From positions 1 to 33,421 of IMG/VR virus record IMGVR_UViG_3300005662_000121: a stretch of DNA of 33,421 bases. One strand, 5' to 3'. Origin of the DNA: a virus. Taxonomy: Duplodnaviria; Caudoviricetes. The position numbers and the translations under genes are program-made. Below are positions 1 through 6,559 of this stretch, piece after piece (positions within the stretch are counted from its first letter, which is position 1; each line of letters starts with the position of its first letter). The notes beneath the pieces were generated by a model. It was not told where the DNA came from, did not search any database, and was given only the letters and a program-made list of their open reading frames with translations.

Positions 1-10
1 ATAATATATA

Positions 11-50
11 ATTATATAAGTTACTTATATAATATACTTACTTATATAAT
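11..50. repeat. AT-rich direct and inverted repeats
   Basis: TTACTTATATAAT at 21-33 and 38-50; ATTATATAAGT (11-21) is the reverse complement of ACTTATATAAT (23-33). Confidence 0.6.
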
Positions 51-123
51 GTATATGAATAACCCTAAATTAATAAATTAACACTATTTTAACAAAGTAC
101 TTTTAATTATTTTTAATCTTTTT

Positions 124-131
124 TAACTTTG
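124..131 (+). promoter_or_regulatory. Bacteroidota-type -7 promoter box for the pre-early genes
   Basis: TAACTTTG matches TAnnTTTG, upstream of the first ORF. Confidence 0.5.
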
Positions 132-191
132 TATTGAATAGTTACCTATCTTTATTAAGTCAATATTGACATACAAAACAAACTTTATTTT

Positions 192-311
192 ATGTACTAT
201 TTCAGCGAAACAATTTTGCCCCTGTTATTTATTGGCTTAGTTACCTATTTTGTAGGTACTTTATGCCGTTTATTTATTCACCTTTTAATATCTGAACATG
301 CAAACAATTAG
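192..311 (+). CDS. Small membrane protein (39 aa), not in ORF track
   Basis: MYYFSETILPLLFIGLVTYFVGTLCRLFIHLLISEHANN; one hydrophobic span; A-rich leader. Confidence 0.6.
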   Translation: MYYFSETILPLLFIGLVTYFVGTLCRLFIHLLISEHANN

Positions 312-399
312 CCTTTTCGAATTGATTGCCCTATTTATAGGATCAATTCTAATTTATTCCCTTATCAAAACAATTCACCAAACAAATAAAAATAAATAA
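298..399 (+). CDS. Small membrane protein (33 aa), not in ORF track
   Basis: MQTISLFELIALFIGSILIYSLIKTIHQTNKNK; overlaps the previous ORF and abuts the next; TM span plus basic tail. Confidence 0.6.
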   Translation: MQTISLFELIALFIGSILIYSLIKTIHQTNKNK

Positions 400-400
400 C

Positions 401-667
401 ATGACTATTGAAATTTCCACTACTTACGGGTTTTGCCATAATTGGACGTTAAAAGCATACGGCAAAAGTTTCTACTTAGGGCAAGACGTTAAATTTTGTG
501 AACGTATTTTAGGCTGCAATACCTCGTATATTGTTAGTCAAATTGGTTCCAATGATCTAAGTAAAGAAGCTACAAAAAAGAAACTAGCAAAGTTTATAGT
601 TAATAGCCTTAATTTAAACAGATCAAACATTAAAAATATCGATCCATGGCAATTAGCCGCCGAATAA
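401..667 (+). CDS. Hypothetical pre-early protein
   Basis: 88 aa ORF in a tightly packed operon. Confidence 0.75.
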   Translation: MTIEISTTYGFCHNWTLKAYGKSFYLGQDVKFCERILGCNTSYIVSQIGSNDLSKEATKKKLAKFIVNSLNLNRSNIKNIDPWQLAAE

Positions 668-693
668 TTAAATAACCTTTTAATATTAAAAAC

Positions 694-924
694 ATGACAA
701 ACAAACAAAACCCAATAATAGGAACCGAAAAAGGAACCTTTTACCTAATTGAATTGGCCTCAGAATTGGCCGAAAAATTTATAGAACTAAAATATAAATA
801 TAGCATGATAAATATTTATAATTCGGACGAATTCGAACAATTTTCGTATACAGATGAAATACAGGACGAATTTAATTTTATCTATGATGAAATTGAAGCA
901 TACCTACAAAATAACAAATTATAA
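694..924 (+). CDS. Small acidic pre-early protein (DNA-mimic candidate)
   Basis: C-terminal half rich in D/E and aromatics (SDEFEQFSYTDEIQDEFNFIYDEIE). Confidence 0.7.
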   Translation: MTNKQNPIIGTEKGTFYLIELASELAEKFIELKYKYSMINIYNSDEFEQFSYTDEIQDEFNFIYDEIEAYLQNNKL

Positions 925-945
925 ACAAAACAAAACCTTTATTTT

Positions 946-1686
946 ATGTCAACCTTAACACTACAAAAACCAATTTCAAACAGTTATAAGCCTGTAAAAA
1001 ACTTACTTTCTGAGGGATCAACAAATATAAAAACAGCTAAAAATAGCTTAAAAACATATATTTTATACTTAGCCCCGTCTAATATTGTGGACGGTTTGAA
1101 CCTTTGCCCGTTCGCTTCTGAGGGTTGCAAAAAAGCCTGTTTATATTCGGCGGGACGTGGTAAATTTTCCAATGTTCAATTAGCTAGGATCAACAAAACA
1201 AAGTTTTGGGGCTTCAATCGTTCGGCCTTTTATATTCAATTGGCCAATGAATTAATGAGCATTTTGGACAAAACTATAAAAACAGGGGAACAAATAGCCA
1301 TAAGATTGAACGGGACGTCCGACATTGATCATATTGACCTATTAAACAGGTATACAGGTATTAATTTCCTCGATCCCTTTTATAGTTCCCTTTTATTTTA
1401 TGACTATACAAAAAATTATAATCATATTAGGAAATATGCGGGAACCAATTACAAAATAACTTTTTCGAGGTCTGAGGTTAACGAATTAGATGCATACAGG
1501 ACGTTAAAAGACGGGGGGAACGTTGCTATAGTTTTTAAGGATCAATTGCCCGAATATTGGAACGGGTTCCCTGTTATAAACGGGGATGAAACAGACCTAC
1601 GCTATTTTGATCCTGTTAACGTGGTAATTGGGTTAAAAGCTAAAGGGGACGCTAAAAAAGACAAAACAGGTTTTGTAGTTAGTTAG
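946..1686 (+). CDS. Gp88-family phage protein (Cys-cluster, radical-SAM-like)
   Basis: CPFASEGCKKACLYSAGRG, RLNGTSD, FYDYTK, GDETDLR and GLKAKG motifs recalled for the phage Gp88 family. Confidence 0.75.
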   Translation: MSTLTLQKPISNSYKPVKNLLSEGSTNIKTAKNSLKTYILYLAPSNIVDGLNLCPFASEGCKKACLYSAGRGKFSNVQLARINKTKFWGFNRSAFYIQLANELMSILDKTIKTGEQIAIRLNGTSDIDHIDLLNRYTGINFLDPFYSSLLFYDYTKNYNHIRKYAGTNYKITFSRSEVNELDAYRTLKDGGNVAIVFKDQLPEYWNGFPVINGDETDLRYFDPVNVVIGLKAKGDAKKDKTGFVVS

Positions 1687-1699
1687 TTGATATAATAGC

Positions 1700-1730
1700 G
1701 GGGAACTGTAAAAGGTTCCCCCTTTTTTTT
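1700..1730 (+). terminator. Intrinsic terminator
   Basis: GGGGAAC-tgtaaaag-GTTCCCC followed by T8. Confidence 0.8.
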
Positions 1731-1775
1731 GTTTGGCCTGTTAGGAGGCTTTTAGTGTTCGATCCACTCAAACAA
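1729..1775 (+). ncRNA. Minimal tRNA-like element (acceptor stem plus T-arm)
   Basis: TTGTTTG/CAAACAA 7-bp stem enclosing a GCCT..AGGC hairpin and an AGTG-TTCGATC-CACT T-arm. Confidence 0.45.
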
Positions 1776-1796
1776 ACAAACCAAAATAAACATAAA

Positions 1797-1985
1797 ATGA
1801 ACGTATACCAATTATTGGCTATTATTAAGCAATTGGAGGCGGAACAAAATCCCGCCAATAGTTATTTGCTACAGTTTTATAATGATCTGTATCAATGTGA
1901 ACTTATAATGATAGCGGAAAAAGTTACAAAACAATTAGATAGGGAACCAATTACAAAACATTGGTTTGAATACTTAGCAAAATAA
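1797..1985 (+). CDS. Hypothetical protein
   Basis: ATG 1797 after an A-rich leader preferred over the track's GTG 1755, which lies in the RNA hairpin. Confidence 0.65.
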   Translation: MNVYQLLAIIKQLEAEQNPANSYLLQFYNDLYQCELIMIAEKVTKQLDREPITKHWFEYLAK

Positions 1986-1990
1986 CAAAC

Positions 1991-2080
1991 ATGATCCAAA
2001 CAACAAAAAAGGAGCTCCCTAAATTGATCCTGATAATTGATAAAATTATAAGCCAATTAGAGGCCGAAAATAAGCCTTAA
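1991..2080 (+). CDS. Small hypothetical peptide (29 aa)
   Basis: MIQTTKKELPKLILIIDKIISQLEAENKP; shares II.QLEAE..P with the upstream ORF. Confidence 0.4.
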   Translation: MIQTTKKELPKLILIIDKIISQLEAENKP

Positions 2081-2202
2081 AATTTTATTTAATACAAAGG
2101 TATTAACTTAAAAAGATAGGGCAAATTTGAGGCTTAAAATAGCTTTAAATAGTATTTTTATACTGTTATAAGCTTAGGATATTGTAATATATCAATGTTA
2201 TC

Positions 2203-2420
2203 ACATTAATGTTTAAACATTAGTTGTTTATGCAACTAATAGACAATTTCCGCATATGGCCAAAAATCCAGCAAAAAACCCCGCAAAAATCCATGGCAAC
2301 AGTCCGCTTACGCTAACAAAAACCTGCTAAAAATCCCATGCGGACAAAAATCTGCTCGGATCACGCAAAAATCTTTTGTGAAAACTTTAACATAAAAATC
2401 TGAAATAATAACAAAAACTC
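2203..2420. repeat. Palindrome cluster plus A-tract repeat array
   Basis: ACATTAATGT, ATGTTTAAACAT, ATTAGTTG..CAACTAAT; A-tract units resembling YAAAAAYC with tracts starting at 2262, 2273, 2285, 2318, 2329, 2346, 2367, 2394, 2413. Confidence 0.75.
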
Positions 2421-2454
2421 CTTAATTTTACCAAACAAAACAAAAAACCCATCT

Positions 2455-2670
2455 ATGAATTTCGAATTAATCACCGCCAAGTATGATTGCAGATGCAGTC
2501 TAACTGGCAAAAACTTCAGTCGTGGTGACCAAGTGTACTACAACTACGAAGCAAAAACCTTTCTTGATCCTGTGTATTACGAGAACATTATGAGCCAACA
2601 AAAATCTCGTGGGGCACAAAGCTATTTTGAACGACACAAAAAACTTAACAAGATTTATCCTAACACTTAA
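2455..2670 (+). CDS. Hypothetical protein (degenerate zinc-ribbon-like)
   Basis: TAKYDCRCSLTGKNFSRGDQVYY resembles small phage AKY..C..CG..I..G proteins. Confidence 0.65.
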   Translation: MNFELITAKYDCRCSLTGKNFSRGDQVYYNYEAKTFLDPVYYENIMSQQKSRGAQSYFERHKKLNKIYPNT

Positions 2671-2675
2671 AGCAC

Positions 2676-2740
2676 TATCCCTACTAATTAATAAATTATA
2701 ATCGTTAGTGGGTTATCCCAATGGGAGTAGGGATATTTTT
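2676..2740 (+). terminator. Long hairpin, possible terminator or attenuator
   Basis: TATCCCTACT (2676-2685) pairs with AGTAGGGATA (2726-2735), then T5. Confidence 0.5.
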
Positions 2741-2762
2741 AACACCAAAAAACCTTAAACAC

Positions 2763-2966
2763 ATGGCAAAATTCCAGTTCATTACAGAAACTAATCCTGT
2801 TACACAAGCAAAAATCTATTACACAAAGAAAGATGACCTATTTGTAGAGAATAGTTTAAGCTATGATAAGATTAAAGCTTATGAAAGATTTGTAAACATT
2901 TCTAGCGGATTAAAAACTGATCCGATAATAGAAATAAATGAAACAAGATATTCAATCACCCAATAA
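2763..2966 (+). CDS. Hypothetical protein
   Basis: ATG 2763 after an A/C-rich leader; the track start 2721 lies inside the hairpin. Confidence 0.65.
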   Translation: MAKFQFITETNPVTQAKIYYTKKDDLFVENSLSYDKIKAYERFVNISSGLKTDPIIEINETRYSITQ

Positions 2967-2978
2967 AAATCTGCAATC

Positions 2979-3221
2979 GTGCACCCAACCCCATCACATC
3001 TAAAACAAAAAGGCCTCCGTGACTATTTTATGGTTACAATAGATGCCCAAAGGATCAAAAAGGATTACCTCTATCGTGGTATGTTTATTCATTGGGATTC
3101 CAAAAAACCCCTAGATAAGTTCTACTACTGGAGAGGAGATTATTTCACATCTATCGAAGGAGCTATGCGTTCTATCGATAGACATTACAAACTATATAAA
3201 AAACTAAAAAATGTTGATTAG
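2979..3221 (+). CDS. Hypothetical protein
   Basis: 80 aa basic/aromatic ORF, GTG start, overlaps next gene. Confidence 0.65.
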   Translation: MHPTPSHLKQKGLRDYFMVTIDAQRIKKDYLYRGMFIHWDSKKPLDKFYYWRGDYFTSIEGAMRSIDRHYKLYKKLKNVD

Positions 3222-3408
3222 AGATTATCGTGCCTTACTTAAGTATGGCGATATAAAAAAGATTTGTGAGGTAACAGGATATTCACCATACCTAATAAAA
3301 ACTCGTTTAGCTAAAGCTGATGAGGAGATGATAGAAATCGTAGAAGCTTTCTACGCTAAAAAAATTGAACAACTTAAAAATTCTATTTATGATTACCAGC
3401 AAGAGTAA
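3211..3408 (+). CDS. Small HTH-like (Cro-like) regulator
   Basis: GDIKKICEVTGYSPYLIKTRL fits a helix-turn-helix pattern. Confidence 0.55.
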   Translation: MLIRDYRALLKYGDIKKICEVTGYSPYLIKTRLAKADEEMIEIVEAFYAKKIEQLKNSIYDYQQE

Positions 3409-3748
3409 GATAATTGACTATTGGGCTATACCTTCTATTCGTAAGACAAAGCTTAACCCAAGACAAAGAGAAGCTATTGCCAATGAGATTATATTCAAAG
3501 TATGTTTATACTACAACATTACTAATGAAGAAATCAGAGGCAAAAAAAGGCACAGAACAATTGTAATGGCTAGGCATATGTCTATGTTTCTAATAAGAAC
3601 TAGAGTTAAGTTAAAGCTTAAAGCAATCGGAGATTTGTTTGGCCGTGACCATAGTACTGTCATGCACGGCATAGCATCTATACAGGATCAATCCGATGTA
3701 GATGAGTTAGTTAGTACTGACATAGAAAACCTTATCAATATTTTATAA
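3389..3748 (+). CDS. DnaA C-terminal (domain IV)-like HTH protein
   Basis: IRGKKRHRTIVMARHMSMFL..LKAIGDLFGRDHSTVMHG matches the DnaA DNA-binding signature; start uncertain (3365 or 3389). Confidence 0.85.
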   Translation: MITSKSKIIDYWAIPSIRKTKLNPRQREAIANEIIFKVCLYYNITNEEIRGKKRHRTIVMARHMSMFLIRTRVKLKLKAIGDLFGRDHSTVMHGIASIQDQSDVDELVSTDIENLINIL

Positions 3749-3766
3749 ATCAAAACACCAAAAACT

Positions 3767-3973
3767 ATGAGTGATTTTTCAAATTGGAGTGAGCAAGAAC
3801 AAAGATTGTTCATTGCTAAAATCATCCACAACATTAACTATTCACAGAACAATTTAATCCTAATGAAAGCTTTAGTAGAGCTATGGGATACATACCCAGT
3901 TCGTGAGGCATTGTTCTTTACACAAAATTTAATCAACCAAAAAACTTTATCTAATGGAAATGCAATTAACTAA
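3767..3973 (+). CDS. Hypothetical protein
   Basis: 68 aa, A/C-rich leader, overlaps the SSAP gene. Confidence 0.7.
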   Translation: MSDFSNWSEQEQRLFIAKIIHNINYSQNNLILMKALVELWDTYPVREALFFTQNLINQKTLSNGNAIN

Positions 3974-4658
3974 TCCTTCGTATGAATTAATTAACAAGGA
4001 TTCAATGCTTAAACTATCTACTGAATTATCTCAGTTGATAAAAGAAAAAGGACTTTCAAGTAATATACAAGGTAAACAATTCGTTAATGTTGAAGGTTGG
4101 CAATTCGCTGGTGCTTCACTTGGATTAATGCCTATTATCACATCAACTCAAGATTTATCAAATGAAACATCTATTAAATATATGGCGACTTGTGAAGTTC
4201 GCAATATTACTACTGGTACAGTTGTTGCTACTGGTATTGCTCTTTGTTCCAATGCCGAGAAAACGAAGAGATACTTTGACGAGTATGCTATTCTCAGTAT
4301 GGCTCAAACAAGAGCTATTGGTAAGGCGTATCGTAATCTATTGGCCTGGTTAATGAAGGCTGCAGGATTCGAGGCGACACCTGCTGAAGAGATGGACTTT
4401 GCAGATGCGAAAGCAGATGCTAGGGCAAAGGAAGAAATACCTACCAAAAAACCTAAAGTATTTGAGGTTGAGATAGTACCAGATGAGCCTTATGTTGAGG
4501 TATTCCGTGATGATATTATAAAAGATATACAAGCGGCTGCTAGGATGAAGGACTTAACTGATATATTCTTTTCTAATAAGGAATACATAGAAAAAGACCA
4601 ACAATTAATGAAATTAATGACGGCTAAAAAAGAATCATTAACCACAAAAAAGAAATAA
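3954..4658 (+). CDS. Putative single-strand annealing/recombination protein (Rad52/RecT-like superfamily)
   Basis: MAQTRAIGKAYR and ATPAEEM motifs, flexible linker and small C-terminal domain; position upstream of replication genes. Confidence 0.55.
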   Translation: MEMQLTNPSYELINKDSMLKLSTELSQLIKEKGLSSNIQGKQFVNVEGWQFAGASLGLMPIITSTQDLSNETSIKYMATCEVRNITTGTVVATGIALCSNAEKTKRYFDEYAILSMAQTRAIGKAYRNLLAWLMKAAGFEATPAEEMDFADAKADARAKEEIPTKKPKVFEVEIVPDEPYVEVFRDDIIKDIQAAARMKDLTDIFFSNKEYIEKDQQLMKLMTAKKESLTTKKK

Positions 4659-4659
4659 T

Positions 4660-5121
4660 ATGAGTAATTTACTACCATCTATTGAATTAAATTCAATTAC
4701 ACCATCCAAATTTAGCATAGAATTACTTAAGCAAGTAGTTGTATCACATTTTAGAGAAACAGGCGAGAACCCCCTTGAGATGCTCGTTAAAGCAGAAGCA
4801 TTAGTTCAGTTGTTAGAAGGAATCAGGGCTGAATTAAAAGAAGATGTTATTAGTCAGTTAGACTTACATCCTCAAGGTAAGGCAATAGTGCTTGATGCTG
4901 AGATTAGTAGAATAGAATCAGGAGTTAAGTATGCCTATGATGGTGACCATACATGGCTTAAGTATAACCAAGAGCTTGAGGCTATTAAGTTTAAGCAAAA
5001 GGAAAGAGAGTCTTTACTTAAGACTATTAAAGAACCATTGGTTGATCCTGAAACTGGCGAGATGATTTATCCTGCTCCTAAGTTTAGTACTACCACATTT
5101 AAAATATCATTAAAGAAGTAA
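4660..5121 (+). CDS. Hypothetical phage protein (coiled-coil, recombination module)
   Basis: 153 aa helical ORF with VDPETGE near the C-terminus. Confidence 0.75.
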   Translation: MSNLLPSIELNSITPSKFSIELLKQVVVSHFRETGENPLEMLVKAEALVQLLEGIRAELKEDVISQLDLHPQGKAIVLDAEISRIESGVKYAYDGDHTWLKYNQELEAIKFKQKERESLLKTIKEPLVDPETGEMIYPAPKFSTTTFKISLKK

Positions 5122-5122
5122 T

Positions 5123-5236
5123 ATGAAAGTATTAGCAATCATTAAGTTTTTCTTTATAGCAGTACCAATAGCGGTGCTGCTATTCATATTCTGTGAAACT
5201 TATTTTAAAATCAAAGCAATAAAACGACTATTTTAA
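5123..5236 (+). CDS. Small membrane protein (37 aa), not in ORF track
   Basis: MKVLAIIKFFFIAVPIAVLLFIFCETYFKIKAIKRLF; fills the gap exactly, with TAATG coupling to the next gene. Confidence 0.7.
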   Translation: MKVLAIIKFFFIAVPIAVLLFIFCETYFKIKAIKRLF

Positions 5237-5451
5237 TGGCACAAGAAATTAAAGGATTAGAGAACTCAATACCAATTAGAATGGTTTATACTGATACTAT
5301 GGAAGAGGTGCTATTTAAGTCGGCTGCAGCAGCTAGTCGTAAGACAAAGATAGCATCTCAAGTAATCCGTGAATCGCTTAACCCTGTTGCTCGTAAGAGA
5401 TTTATTGTGGATAACAGAAAAGTGGTTTTTAGGATTGCTAAAGAAGTTTAG
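5236..5451 (+). CDS. Stand-alone NUMOD1-like HTH protein
   Basis: EEVLFKSAAAASRKTKIASQVIRESL resembles the F.S..EAA...I pattern also present in this window's HNH and GIY-YIG tails. Confidence 0.55.
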   Translation: MAQEIKGLENSIPIRMVYTDTMEEVLFKSAAAASRKTKIASQVIRESLNPVARKRFIVDNRKVVFRIAKEV

Positions 5452-5459
5452 TATATTTG
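5452..5459 (+). promoter_or_regulatory. TAnnTTTG promoter box for the replication operon
   Basis: TATATTTG directly after a stop codon and before a structured leader. Confidence 0.65.
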
Positions 5460-5461
5460 TC

Positions 5462-5550
5462 ATGCTATCCGTACATAGCATTAAGAACTTATTGCCCGAG
5501 GAGGCGTTGGAGTGTACGGACTTCAGCAAATCTGAGGGCTTTTTTATTTT
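5462..5550 (+). ncRNA. Structured leader RNA with complementary 8-nt loops and terminator-like end
   Basis: ATGCTA[TCCGTACA]TAGCAT and GTTGGAG[TGTACGGA]CTTCAGC inside GCCC..GGGC plus a T-run. Confidence 0.65.
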
Positions 5551-5943
5551 ATGTCATATAGTTTAAAACTACAAGATCCGAGGTGGCAAAGGAAACGCCT
5601 TGAGATATTACAAAGAGATAATTTCCAATGTAAAGGATGTAATTCAACTGATAAAGCACTTCATGTGCATCATAATTATTACGAATATGGTACAGAACCA
5701 TGGGATTACAATGATGATTGTTATGATACACTATGTTATGAGTGCCATTACGATGCTAGTATCATGTCGAAAGAGATTAAAAATGTACTAAAATTTGCTA
5801 GGTTTAGAAGATTAGCTGAGTTAAGAAATCTTATTGTTATGTCAGAGCTTTTAGATAATGATGATTTAATTGAAGTAAGAAAATTAATAGTAACTAAATT
5901 AATTAACAAAGGAATAGAAATAGAAGATGGAGCACCACTTTAA
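5551..5943 (+). CDS. HNH endonuclease
   Basis: RDNFQCKGC..LHVHH..TLCYECH. Confidence 0.85.
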   Translation: MSYSLKLQDPRWQRKRLEILQRDNFQCKGCNSTDKALHVHHNYYEYGTEPWDYNDDCYDTLCYECHYDASIMSKEIKNVLKFARFRRLAELRNLIVMSELLDNDDLIEVRKLIVTKLINKGIEIEDGAPL

Positions 5944-6559
5944 TACTGAATATGCCTTGAAATATGGCATAGAAGAAGCGATAGTAATCAATAACTTACA
6001 ATTTTGGATTACTAAAAATAGAGCTAATAAGAAGCATTTTATTGAAAACAGAACTTGGACTTATAATTCATATAAGGCTTTTAGTGAGATATTTCCTTAC
6101 TGGAATGAACATAAGATGAAAAGGATTTTAGATTCATTAGTAGAAAAAGAAATATTGCTTAGAGAGAATTATAATAAAAGTGGTTACGATAGGACTTGTT
6201 GGTATGCTTTTAAGGATGAAAACTCCTTTTTGCAGAATTACAATAACCATATTGCAGAATTGCAAAATGGATCTAATGAAACTGCTACACCTATACCATA
6301 TAATAATACAGTTAAAAAGACATCTACTAATAAATTTATTAGGCCGACAATAGAACAAGTTAAGTTATATTGTAAAGAAATAAGTTTCAATTTAGATGCT
6401 GATAAATTTTGTGACCACTATGATTCAAATGGATGGCTAGTAGGTAAAAACCCTATGAAAGATTGGAAAGCTTCTATTAGAACATGGAAAAGAAACTCAT
6501 CAAAGTTTGATACAAATGAAGATGGGAAAAAAATAATACCTAAAATAAAAATACCATAA
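5927..6559 (+). CDS. Phage replication initiator (winged-helix N-terminus, DnaD-like C-terminus)
   Basis: WTYNSY..FPYW N-terminal domain; FCDHYDSNGW.VGKNPMKDWKASIRTW C-terminal domain; coupled to the helicase gene. Confidence 0.75.
   Translation: MEHHFNTEYALKYGIEEAIVINNLQFWITKNRANKKHFIENRTWTYNSYKAFSEIFPYWNEHKMKRILDSLVEKEILLRENYNKSGYDRTCWYAFKDENSFLQNYNNHIAELQNGSNETATPIPYNNTVKKTSTNKFIRPTIEQVKLYCKEISFNLDADKFCDHYDSNGWLVGKNPMKDWKASIRTWKRNSSKFDTNEDGKKIIPKIKIP
6226..6270. repeat. Iteron-like repeats inside the initiator gene (candidate ori)
   Basis: TTGCAGAATT at 6230 and 6252; imperfect palindrome CCATATTGCA-GAAT-TGCAAAATGG. Confidence 0.45.

Noticed and set aside
2261-2420. CRISPR mini-array
   Set aside because: Units are only ~8-9 nt, degenerate and irregularly spaced; no cas genes
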